Origin: an uncultured Candidatus Cloacimonadota bacterium
GTDB lineage: Bacteria > Cloacimonadota > Cloacimonadia > Cloacimonadales > Cloacimonadaceae
DNA length: 39,152 nucleotides
Assembly: GCA_964634035.1 (NCBI GenBank)
Contig: CAZWJK010000006.1
Location: forward strand, 10,053-49,204
Reading direction: 5' to 3'
Numbering within the stretch: position 1 is the stretch's first letter; each line of letters begins with the position of its first letter. The notes under the pieces are model-generated. The model saw only the letters and a program-made list of their open reading frames with translations. It was not told the DNA's origin and did not search any database. Made by a program: the position numbers and the translations under genes. Positions 18,314 through 26,918 of this stretch are shown here, piece by piece.

Positions 18314-20564
18314 TTAACTTCCTCTTCCTGCCATAAGACTTTCCGCCTTGCTTTCTGTAATCTGATTTCCTTTTTTGAAACACAGGTTTTGGTGTCAAGC
18401 CGGATACATGATGTTTGTGGCCGTTGTTATCGTCAACAAGGTCAAAATATACATCATCAGCAACTTGTATAACCCTGACCCGGACAGAATCCATGAGCTG
18501 GTAATAATCTCCGGTGCGCTCATTCAGAAAGCGCTTGCCTTCATCAGTGTAATTCCATCTTCCCTTGGGCAGTTGTGACACCTTCAAGACACCGGAAATG
18601 GGTATTTTATCAAGCTGGATGAAGATCGAGGATGAATTTGTGCCAACCACGATGCCATCATAGATTTCACCCAGGTGCCCTTTCATGTATATCCTGTTCA
18701 TCACGCGTTCGATCTCGCGCTCTGCTTCGTCAGCCAGCAGTTCCTTTTCGGAAGCGATGGCAGAGTATTGGATTACCTGTTTGATTGTGAAATGGTGTTG
18801 GGCTGACTTTAGAACATAAGTTTTATATAAATGGTGAACTGCCAGATCGCATAAGCGCCTGATCGGAGAAGTGAAATGCGTGTAGGTTTCTATCGCCAGA
18901 CCGAAATGAGGGAGATGTTCAACAGTGTATTTGGCTTTTTTGAGGCTCCGGAGGATCAACCTGTCAAACACTTTATGAAAAGTTTCATCCGGAAAAGATA
19001 AGAGCAGTTCCTGCAGACTGCGGTTCATGCTTTCGCGGAAGCTGATGCTGAGGCCATAATAACTCAGCAGGATACTCAGTCTTTCCAGTTTCTCCATGTC
19101 GGGAAGCTCGTGCACGCGATACATGACGACCGGAGCAAGCTGCGTAAGTTTTTCCGCCACATACTGATTGGCCACAAGCATGAAGTTTTCAATAAGTTTA
19201 TGAGATTCTGTCTCCACCGACTGACTCATCTGATGGACAAAGCCTTCTGCATCATAAAGATACTCTGTTTCAGGCAGGTCAAAGAAAAGATAACCTGCCT
19301 TAAGGCGTTTGGCGGTGAGTAATCTGGATAGCTCTCTTGCAGAATAGATGGCTTTAACAACAGCTTCAGGCAGCTCAACCGGTTTGCCGTCAAAGAGGTC
19401 ATCCACCTGTTCGTAAGCCAGCCTGGCATTTGAATTGATGACGCTTTCATAGAGGGATTGACGCTTAACATTACCTTTTTTATCAAACTCTGTGACAACT
19501 GTCATGGTCAGTTTGTCCTCGTTCTGCCTCAGACTACAGATGCGGTTAGACAGTTTTTCTGGCAGCATGGGAATAACCTTACGAGGAAAATAATAGCTGT
19601 TACCTCGGTTAAGACACTCGCTGAAAAGCTTGCTGTCTGGTTTTATGTAATGAGCCACATCCGCGATATGAACATATAAACGCCAACCTGTTTCTGTATC
19701 TTCCAAAGAGATGGCATCATCGTAGTCTTTAGCGGAAGCAGGGTCGATGGTAAAGGTTATCAGGTTACGAAAATCCTTGCGTTTTCTGATCTCATTGGGA
19801 TCCAGCTCTTCAGGCAAAGCTTCAATTTCTTCGGTCAAATAGTCAGGGAATTCCAGTGGCAGATTGTTCTGCCTGATCACGGCAAGCAATTCTGTCTCAG
19901 GGTTTCCAGATTCTCCCAAGACTTCTACTACCTTTCCGACAGGGGGTTTGCTTAAGGTCCTATTGCCCCAGTTTGTTACCTGGAGCATGACTTTCTGATT
20001 GGGAGACGCATTCCCAAGATCGCTGACATCAAACCATTGATGGATCTTGGGATTGCTGCAGATGAAATAGTATCTGTCCCGGCTCTGCTGAATATCACCA
20101 GCGAGATTTTCAGAAGCGCGTTTTATCACTTTTCGAACGTAGCAGTAATCGCTTTTCCCTTTGCGAAAAAAAGGTTCGATGGCTACAGTATCTCCGTGGA
20201 AGGCATTGAGTGTATCTTCCGACGATACGAAAAAATCTCCCTGCTCGGTTCTGACAAAAGCATAAGAGTAATTTCTGGCCAGGGGTGTTGCATCAAAAAT
20301 GCCTTCGATCAGGTTGGGGGAGGATATTTGTTTTAGGGTTGCCTCTACGGGTGTGGCATTTAATAAATATTTCTTGTTTTCCTTTTTTAGAAAGCCCGAA
20401 TCAGCCAGTCTAATAACAATTTCCTTTACCCCAGGATAGGCTTTGTGGGTGAGAATGAGCGCATCCAGAACATCGCGAACCGTGAATGGAACGGTTGGAT
20501 GAGCAGTAAAATGCTGTCTGATGTTGTCTTCCAGATTAGCGGAATTGATCTTTTTTCTTTTCAT
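18288..20564 (-). CDS. rnr: Ribonuclease R (RNB family 3'-5' exoribonuclease with C-terminal S1 and basic tail)
   Basis: RNB catalytic region (TIDPASAKDYDDAIS, HFGL..YTHFTSPIRR), C-terminal S1-like segment and a Lys/Arg-rich tail. Confidence 0.9.
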   Translation of the reverse strand: MKRKKINSANLEDNIRQHFTAHPTVPFTVRDVLDALILTHKAYPGVKEIVIRLADSGFLKKENKKYLLNATPVEATLKQISSPNLIEGIFDATPLARNYSYAFVRTEQGDFFVSSEDTLNAFHGDTVAIEPFFRKGKSDYCYVRKVIKRASENLAGDIQQSRDRYYFICSNPKIHQWFDVSDLGNASPNQKVMLQVTNWGNRTLSKPPVGKVVEVLGESGNPETELLAVIRQNNLPLEFPDYLTEEIEALPEELDPNEIRKRKDFRNLITFTIDPASAKDYDDAISLEDTETGWRLYVHIADVAHYIKPDSKLFSECLNRGNSYYFPRKVIPMLPEKLSNRICSLRQNEDKLTMTVVTEFDKKGNVKRQSLYESVINSNARLAYEQVDDLFDGKPVELPEAVVKAIYSARELSRLLTAKRLKAGYLFFDLPETEYLYDAEGFVHQMSQSVETESHKLIENFMLVANQYVAEKLTQLAPVVMYRVHELPDMEKLERLSILLSYYGLSISFRESMNRSLQELLLSFPDETFHKVFDRLILRSLKKAKYTVEHLPHFGLAIETYTHFTSPIRRLCDLAVHHLYKTYVLKSAQHHFTIKQVIQYSAIASEKELLADEAEREIERVMNRIYMKGHLGEIYDGIVVGTNSSSIFIQLDKIPISGVLKVSQLPKGRWNYTDEGKRFLNERTGDYYQLMDSVRVRVIQVADDVYFDLVDDNNGHKHHVSGLTPKPVFQKRKSDYRKQGGKSYGRKRKLNEKTYRHL

Positions 20565-21001
20565 CAGTACATTTTTCCGATCTTTTCTTTTAATATTCTG
20601 ATAAGTTCTTCCTTTTCAGTTTGCTGAGCCGAAAAGCGCAAAGACTGACCTCTGAAGACATCCAGACGGCGGGGAGTTTTGAAAGTGCTGAGCATAATGC
20701 CGCGTTTGTCAGCATAGAAACATCCGAAATCCGATAGTTTTCTCTCCACTTTGACAAACAGGTACTGCATTACTATTCTGTCTTCAAAAAGTTTGTATCG
20801 GGTCGAAATGAAATAGGGGAGAAGGCTGCCTATGGTCAACAGCATACCTCCGATGTAGAAAACCGGATAGCCCCAATTCACTATTGCTACCTGCCATAAG
20901 ACATATGCCAATAATATCAGAAACAGGATCAGTAAAAAAGAGGTCAACGGCCTTTCTGCAAAAGGCAAAGAGTACCATTCGAGCAAGGGTTCACATGACA
21001 T
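20564..21001 (-). CDS. Hypothetical small membrane protein (two TM helices plus soluble C-terminal domain)
   Basis: The ORF is wedged between the yicC-like gene and rnr, and its stop overlaps the rnr start (TGATG). The first ATG is at 21001, and a TTG at 21028 is the alternative. No family recognised. Confidence 0.45.
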   Translation of the reverse strand: MSCEPLLEWYSLPFAERPLTSFLLILFLILLAYVLWQVAIVNWGYPVFYIGGMLLTIGSLLPYFISTRYKLFEDRIVMQYLFVKVERKLSDFGCFYADKRGIMLSTFKTPRRLDVFRGQSLRFSAQQTEKEELIRILKEKIGKMY

Positions 21002-21869
21002 TCTGAACGATCTCCCGGCATTTTTCAATTTCTTCCTTGATCACCAAAATGTCTCCGAAAGAGTGATGATTGGAGTATTTGGAACCAAGTGTATTGGCTT
21101 CTCTCTGCATTTCCTGGAATATAAAATTAAGGGTTTTTCCCAGATCGGAATCTTCCCGCTCTTTGATTTGTTTTTGTAGTGTGTCTATGTGTTCACGCAA
21201 GCGGTTAAGTTCTTCCTGAATGTCATAGCGGTCCAGGTAAATGGCAAGTTCCTGCATCAGGCGCTGCTCCAAATTAGTTTTTGTGGATTGGGGCATTACT
21301 TCTTCAATTCTCGTTTTCATGTTTTCAAACAGTTCTTTTCTGAAAGCGGGAATTGATTCGTCAATTTTATGCAAGGCATCACTAATTCTGCTCACTGAAT
21401 CAAGAATGTTCTTTCTGATGCTGATCCCTTCTTTTTTCGCCATCTTTTGTTGATTCTGGATGGCCTTTTTTAAGACAGTTACAACATCTTTATTAAACTC
21501 GATCATTTCAAACAAATGGCTTTTGAATTCTACTATGTCATATTCACGCAGAATATATTCAATTGGCATCTTTTCCGCTTGTAATGTTTTTACAATTGTC
21601 TGCATGGCTTGTTTCAGCACTTTTAGCTTATCTTTGTTGACAGTGACTTCCGGTTTTGTCCGATCCGCAAAGCGAAGCCTCATTTCTATGGTTCCTCTTT
21701 TAAAATACTGGTTTATGGTTGTTCGGAGAGGAAGCTCCAGGTAATTCACATCCCGGGGAATATAACATTTCAAATCCAGGAATTTCGCATTTACGGATTT
21801 GATCTCAATTTCGATTTCATATTCATCTTTAAGCAAAGATGCTTTCCCGTAACCTGTCATGCTAATCAT
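20991..21869 (-). CDS. YicC/YloC family stress-induced protein (endoribonuclease family)
   Basis: N-terminal SMTGYGKA, a coiled-coil middle and the C-terminal EMQREANTLGSK motif typical of YicC (DUF1732). Confidence 0.85.
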   Translation of the reverse strand: MISMTGYGKASLLKDEYEIEIEIKSVNAKFLDLKCYIPRDVNYLELPLRTTINQYFKRGTIEMRLRFADRTKPEVTVNKDKLKVLKQAMQTIVKTLQAEKMPIEYILREYDIVEFKSHLFEMIEFNKDVVTVLKKAIQNQQKMAKKEGISIRKNILDSVSRISDALHKIDESIPAFRKELFENMKTRIEEVMPQSTKTNLEQRLMQELAIYLDRYDIQEELNRLREHIDTLQKQIKEREDSDLGKTLNFIFQEMQREANTLGSKYSNHHSFGDILVIKEEIEKCREIVQNVM

Positions 21870-22003
21870 AAATCAATCCTTTGTTGTAATAAATTTCTAT
21901 TGAATCAGAGGGGGAGACAACAGACAGCAGATCAGAAAGATAAGCACATTTATTGAAGTTTACATAACATAACTTATTGCAAACCTTGTTTATCTTGGCC
22001 ATC

Positions 22004-23290
22004 TTATGCCTGCTCACCAATCAGAGTACCTGCTGTCGCTCTTATAACATTTACTTTTACTAATTGTCCTATCCGGTTTTCTTCTCCATCGAAAACACAG
22101 ATCTTAAAATCACGGGTTTTTCCTGAAAGCTGCTTTCCGCCTTGCTTACTTTTACCCTCCACCAAAACTTCTAATAATTTGCCAATTTGTGACTCAAATT
22201 TCTGCTTGGTTGATTTTCTCTGAATGTCAATGAGTTGCTGCAGTCTTTGAAGTTTCACCTGTTCTTCTATCTGATCTTGAAAGCCGGCAGCCAGAGTTCC
22301 ATCCCGGTTGGAATACTTAAAGCAGAAAGCATAATCAAAGGCAATTTCGCGCATTGCCTTTATAGTGTTTTTAAATTGAGAATCCGTTTCACCTGGAAAA
22401 CCAGCAATGACGTCTGTGGTTATGGCAATTTCCGGAATCGCTGATCTGAGTTTCTGGATCAGTCTCAGATAGTGCTCAATGGTATATTTACGGCTCATTT
22501 TATCCAAGATCTCATTGTCTCCGCTTTGCATCGGTAAGTGTATATGTTCGCATACTTTAGGAGCGGTTGCCATGACTTCGATCAAATCATCAGACAAGTC
22601 CTTGGGGTGGGATGTCACGAATCTCAGTCTCGATATGCCGGTTTCGTTATTCAATCTTTTCATAAGTTTGGCAAAATTCATGTCCTGATACATGTATGAA
22701 TTGACATTTTGACCAAGTAATGTTATATCTTTAATGCCTTTATGAACGGCATTATTAATTTCTTTAAGTATGCTTTCATACGGACGGCTGCGTTCACGGC
22801 CCCTGACATAAGGAACTATGCAATAAGAACAGTAATTATTGCAGCCACGCATGATCGTCACAAAACCGCAGACACCGGTTTGATGCTGAGGCTGGATGTA
22901 GTCATAGATCTGGTTTTCATCAAAGTCCAAATAGTCATTTTGGTCATGTTCATCGATGATTTGTACTAATTTATCATATTGATCCACACCTGCTACAAAA
23001 TCGATGCCCAGATCTTGTTGCATCAGTTCAGTCCCAATTCTTTGCGCCATGCAGCCGATAACGCCAATATTTAGTCGGGGATTGGATTTCTTCCTGTTTC
23101 TTTCATTGGAAATTCTGCCCAAAACACGGTCTTCAGCATGTTGCCTGACCGAGCAGGTGTTAAACAGAATAAGATCGGCTTCATCAATGTTACATACAGC
23201 AGTGTGTCCCGCTTCCAGAAGGATTGATGTAACCAGTTCGCTGTCTGCCACATTCATCTGGCAGCCGTATGTCTCGATAATGAATTTCAT
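22004..23290 (-). CDS. miaB: tRNA-2-methylthio-N6-dimethylallyladenosine synthase (radical SAM methylthiotransferase)
   Basis: N-terminal ETYGCQMNVADSE, radical SAM CNNYCSYC and a C-terminal TRAM domain. The N-terminal signature is of MiaB rather than RimO/MtaB type. Confidence 0.9.
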   Translation of the reverse strand: MKFIIETYGCQMNVADSELVTSILLEAGHTAVCNIDEADLILFNTCSVRQHAEDRVLGRISNERNRKKSNPRLNIGVIGCMAQRIGTELMQQDLGIDFVAGVDQYDKLVQIIDEHDQNDYLDFDENQIYDYIQPQHQTGVCGFVTIMRGCNNYCSYCIVPYVRGRERSRPYESILKEINNAVHKGIKDITLLGQNVNSYMYQDMNFAKLMKRLNNETGISRLRFVTSHPKDLSDDLIEVMATAPKVCEHIHLPMQSGDNEILDKMSRKYTIEHYLRLIQKLRSAIPEIAITTDVIAGFPGETDSQFKNTIKAMREIAFDYAFCFKYSNRDGTLAAGFQDQIEEQVKLQRLQQLIDIQRKSTKQKFESQIGKLLEVLVEGKSKQGGKQLSGKTRDFKICVFDGEENRIGQLVKVNVIRATAGTLIGEQA

Positions 23291-24063
23291 GGGAGGAGTA
23301 ACCTGCGCATTTCTTCGATAGGTTTGATGATTTCTGAAAGATCTTTGATGGAGACAGCCTGTTCAGAGTCACAAACACTCTGATCTGGATTCAGATGGGT
23401 TTCGATCATCAAACCATTGGCTCCGGCAGCAACTGCTGCCCAGGATATCGCTTTGACATAATTTCTTGTACCGGTACTGTGGGATGGATCTACAACTATG
23501 GGATAACCGGATAATGCTTTCACAGCCGGAATGGCTGAGATGTCAAAGGTGTTACGGGTATGAGTTTCAAATGTTCTGATCCCTCTTTCGCAGAGGATTA
23601 GTTTGTCGTTTCCATTAGTTGACAAATATTCTGCAGATTGCAGCCATTCTTCATAGGTGGCGCTCATGCCCCGTTTCAGGATCACTGGTTTCTGAGTTTT
23701 ACCAATATCTTCCAACAGAGGATAATTATTCATGTTGCGGGTTCCAATCAGAAAGACGTCGATGTAGTCAGCCATCAAATCGACTTTTCTGACATCTGTG
23801 CATTCGGACACCGTGATCAGATCATACCTCTCCCCTATTTCTTTTAGATATGATAGGGCAATATCTCCCAAGCCTCTGAAACTGTGCGGTGAAGTCCTCA
23901 TTTTATATGCACCGCCCCTCAGGAATTTTATTCCCAGATCCTTCAGCGCGGATGCTATCTCATCCAGACTGTCTCTGCTTTCAATAGTGCACGGGCCAGC
24001 AATGACGCTGAACCCTTCTGCACTCAATAACATCCTGATCAGAGACTGCTTATCTTCTTGCAT
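23287..24063 (-). CDS. 3-deoxy-7-phosphoheptulonate (DAHP) synthase, type I-beta, no regulatory domain
   Basis: GPCTIES and LRGGAYKMRTSPHSFRGLG match the DAHPS I-beta signature (RGGAFKPRTSPYSFQGLG). There is an ATGA overlap with miaB. Confidence 0.8.
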   Translation of the reverse strand: MQEDKQSLIRMLLSAEGFSVIAGPCTIESRDSLDEIASALKDLGIKFLRGGAYKMRTSPHSFRGLGDIALSYLKEIGERYDLITVSECTDVRKVDLMADYIDVFLIGTRNMNNYPLLEDIGKTQKPVILKRGMSATYEEWLQSAEYLSTNGNDKLILCERGIRTFETHTRNTFDISAIPAVKALSGYPIVVDPSHSTGTRNYVKAISWAAVAAGANGLMIETHLNPDQSVCDSEQAVSIKDLSEIIKPIEEMRRLLLP

Positions 24064-24149
24064 AGTACGTTAGTTATCCTTGCTTTCCATAATAAATTGG
24101 CCTGTAAATTTGTCCAGTATATCTATGGTTTTATGTTGATTTATGCCTA

Positions 24150-24515
24150 TCAATGCAAAATATGCATTTGCTGCTCTTTCTGATTGCGGATCTCTATGAC
24201 TATCTGATTGGGCAGACAGATTATGGGCATTTTGTTACTCCAGCCTTGTTTGACGCATCTCTTATCAGGACAGTCGGAACTTGCTATTCTGATTTTGCCG
24301 TTCATGATTTCTGCAGAACATTCCGCATTAATCTGAATTGTCTGCTCCTGGGCCAGAGAATAGATTCCGATCAGTGAATTCCTGTAATAAATATACGCAG
24401 ATGAGTTTGATCTTCCGTTATTTAGATAATAATAGCTGCCTGCAGCGCCAAACAAGATGGTTATAATAAGGAAGACATCCGCAACTGTGATGTTCCTCAA
24501 TCTCGTCCTAAGCAT
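24150..24515 (-). CDS. NusG domain II-containing membrane-anchored protein (DUF1312)
   Basis: N-terminal TM anchor and the C-terminal CPDKRCVKQGW....ICLPNQIVIEI motif characteristic of the NusG_II family. The ATG at 24515 overlaps the upstream stop by 8 nt. Confidence 0.75.
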   Translation of the reverse strand: MLRTRLRNITVADVFLIITILFGAAGSYYYLNNGRSNSSAYIYYRNSLIGIYSLAQEQTIQINAECSAEIMNGKIRIASSDCPDKRCVKQGWSNKMPIICLPNQIVIEIRNQKEQQMHILH

Positions 24516-25497
24516 CAAAACGACCGTAAATAGTTGTCCCGCAGTTTGAGCACTTACCGGAAGTGAGATCTTTTATTACGATGCCGGTAAAACCTCTGCT
24601 GATCAGATGTTTTCCGCAATTTGGGCAATGTGTATCAGAATGTTCCCCTGCAGCTATATTGCCTGCATAAACGTAATTGAGTTTCTCCTTTGCTTTGTTG
24701 TAAGCTCTGAGCAGTGTCTCAACCGGCGTTGCAGGTTGCTCACATTTGTACTGCGGGTAATATCTGGAAAAGTGAAGGGGGATGTCAGGATTGATCTCTG
24801 CCACCAGATCGATCAGCGCAGAGATATCCTGTTCTGAGTCATTCAATTCCGGGATGACCAGATTTGTCAGTTCCACATGGCATTTGCCTGATGCAGTTCT
24901 GATCGTATCAAGGACAGGTTGAAGCCTGCCTCCGCAGATCTTTTTATAGAAATCATCGCGGCTGCTTTTAAGATCTATGTTCATGGCATCTATATATGGC
25001 AGAAGTTCATTCAGAGGTTCCAGATTAACATATCCATTGGTCACCAGCACCAGTCTGATCCCTTTTTCCGTCAGCAGCTTACCACAATCCAGAATGTACT
25101 CATACCAGGTAATGGGTTCCGTGTAAGTGAAAGCAACCTGTTTCAAATTCTTTCTGAGCATGATGTCAAGCAATTCATCCGGCAGCAGAACCTGGGTGGG
25201 ACAATCTTCCTGACTTATCTGATAATTCTGGCAGAAACGGCAGTGAAGGTTACAGGAATTGGCTCCCAGGGAAAGGATTTGTGAGCCGGGATAATAATGA
25301 TAGAGCGGTTTCTTTTCGATGGGATCAAGGTTGAGAGAGACAGTCCTGCCATAATTAACAGCGATCAGAACTCCGGAGACATTTTTCCGGCTACGGCAGC
25401 TTCCGAAATCACTGTCTGCAATTATGCAAAGGTTGGGACACAGATTGCATCTGACTTTGCCGCCATCCAGTTTTTCATAGAACAGCGCTTCTTTCAT
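24508..25497 (-). CDS. amrS: AmmeMemoRadiSam-system-type radical SAM enzyme (PflA-like activase fold)
   Basis: EKLDGGKVRCNLCPNLC, DPIEKKPLYHY, the radical SAM CNLHCRFCQN motif and a C-terminal CPNCG..CSNCG ribbon. The ATG at 25497 forms an ATGA overlap with the waaA stop, and a TTG at 25509 is the alternative. Confidence 0.75.
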   Translation of the reverse strand: MKEALFYEKLDGGKVRCNLCPNLCIIADSDFGSCRSRKNVSGVLIAVNYGRTVSLNLDPIEKKPLYHYYPGSQILSLGANSCNLHCRFCQNYQISQEDCPTQVLLPDELLDIMLRKNLKQVAFTYTEPITWYEYILDCGKLLTEKGIRLVLVTNGYVNLEPLNELLPYIDAMNIDLKSSRDDFYKKICGGRLQPVLDTIRTASGKCHVELTNLVIPELNDSEQDISALIDLVAEINPDIPLHFSRYYPQYKCEQPATPVETLLRAYNKAKEKLNYVYAGNIAAGEHSDTHCPNCGKHLISRGFTGIVIKDLTSGKCSNCGTTIYGRFDA

Positions 25498-26741
25498 TTT
25501 TGCTCCCAATATTTCTCAATGATCTCAAGGTGTTTTTGCAGTGAGTTTTTGTTTTCTTCCAAGACTTGTTTTGCCCTGACTCCCATTGCTTCGTAACTAT
25601 CTGGTTCTGTGAGAATGGCACGAAGATTCTGATAAAGTTTCCCGACAGAACTGATTACAATCGCTTCTGAATTTTGCAGCTTGTTCACAGAACCCTTGCA
25701 GGACTCAAAATGCGGACCCATGATTATGGGTTTGGAATAATATGCGGCCTCCAGAGGATTGTGCCCTCCAAAAGGATAAAAACTGCCACCGATGATAGCT
25801 ATATCACACATAGCATAAGCAGGCAGCAGGTGTCCCATTTCGTCGATGATATGGATGTCCTGTACAGGTTCATTTTTGCTGAAGTATGAGACTTTTCTGC
25901 CATGAAAGATGCTTTCCAGTTCAGCTTTTCTGTCCAGATGCCTGGGTGCGATGATCAGCTTCAATTTAGGAAATTCCGGTTTCAGCAGATCATAACACTT
26001 CAGCAGCAAAGTTTCTTCTCCAGGTCTGGAACTGCCCATTACTATGATTTTATCCTCAGAATCATATCCCCAGTCTTTTCTGAGAGCAGCTTTGTCGAAT
26101 TCCGGCTGCACCACGCTGAATTTCAGATTTCCGGCTTTTACAATCTCCGCATCAAAGATCTGACTGAATCTCTGCAGATCTGCCTCAGTCTGGGTGCAGA
26201 TTGCTTTAACGTTTTTCCCGACATAGTTTAGGGCATCCTTAAACTTTGAATACTGGGTTAGTGTTTTATCTGACATTCTGGCGTTGATGAAGATGACAGG
26301 GATCTTTTTCAGGCTGGACGCAAACAGCAAAGTAGGCCAGATCTCAGTTTCCACGATAATGATAATCTCCGGATTAGTCAAAGATAACTGTTTTTTTCTG
26401 AGATGATAGACATCCAGCGGAGATAACATTACGTGCAGTCTGGGATGTAAGTTCTGAGCTGTTTTTCTGCCGGTTTTCGTATTTGTGGTCAGCAGTATTG
26501 ACAGTTCAGGATATTGGTTTAGAAGCTCTATCAGCAGTTGCCTGATGCCGTTGATCTCGCCCACCGATGCAGCGTGCACCATTATTCTAAAACGCTGTTT
26601 GGGATAGTCTATGGCCAGTCTTTCACTGCCGGGCCTGAATCTGAAAATGGCAAACAGAATTGGCGACAGCAGGAAGTAAACGGCTTCCAGGATTATTGTA
26701 TAGAAGAAGAATAAGATCATCATCGAGCATATCCAAAGCAT
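25494..26741 (-). CDS. waaA: 3-deoxy-D-manno-octulosonic acid (Kdo) transferase
   Basis: N-terminal TM helix, HAASVGE motif, GGSF...GGHNPLEAA C-terminal motif and the typical 415-aa size. Confidence 0.85.
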   Translation of the reverse strand: MLWICSMMILFFFYTIILEAVYFLLSPILFAIFRFRPGSERLAIDYPKQRFRIMVHAASVGEINGIRQLLIELLNQYPELSILLTTNTKTGRKTAQNLHPRLHVMLSPLDVYHLRKKQLSLTNPEIIIIVETEIWPTLLFASSLKKIPVIFINARMSDKTLTQYSKFKDALNYVGKNVKAICTQTEADLQRFSQIFDAEIVKAGNLKFSVVQPEFDKAALRKDWGYDSEDKIIVMGSSRPGEETLLLKCYDLLKPEFPKLKLIIAPRHLDRKAELESIFHGRKVSYFSKNEPVQDIHIIDEMGHLLPAYAMCDIAIIGGSFYPFGGHNPLEAAYYSKPIIMGPHFESCKGSVNKLQNSEAIVISSVGKLYQNLRAILTEPDSYEAMGVRAKQVLEENKNSLQKHLEIIEKYWEQK

Positions 26742-26749
26742 TGCATAAA

Positions 26750-26774
26750 TAAAAAACGCTGTCCTGCGACAGCG
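26750..26774 (-). terminator. Intrinsic terminator downstream of tRNA-Asp
   Basis: On the minus strand, CGCTGTC-GCAG-GACAGCG (7-bp stem, 4-nt loop) is followed by TTTTTT. It starts 9 nt after the tRNA CCA end. Confidence 0.6.
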
Positions 26775-26783
26775 ATAGTATTA

Positions 26784-26860
26784 TGGCGGGAGCGACGAGA
26801 CTCGAACTCGCGGCCTTCTGCGTGACAGGCAGACGTTCTAACCAACTGAACTACGCCCCC
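26784..26860 (-). tRNA. tRNA-Asp (anticodon GTC), CCA encoded
   Basis: The reverse complement reads GGGGGCGTAGTTCAGTTGGTTAGAACGTCTGCCTGTCACGCAGAAGGCCGCGAGTTCGAGTCTCGTCGCTCCCGCCA. It has a 7-bp acceptor stem, anticodon loop CTGTCAC and a GTTCGAGTC T-loop, and aligns along its length with E. coli tRNA-Asp. Confidence 0.9.
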
Positions 26861-26918
26861 GCTTTTTGTCTCAATATCCGTTGCGTTTAAGCAATCTTTG
26901 TGCACTACAAAAACACCC

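Noticed and set aside
23287-24063. Possible Kdo-8-phosphate synthase (kdsA), given that waaA is nearby
   Set aside because: The RGGAYKMRTSPHSFRGLG motif matches the DAHP synthase I-beta signature rather than the KdsA KASFDKANRSS-type region. It is called DAHPS, although the two families are homologous and a phylogeny should confirm the call.
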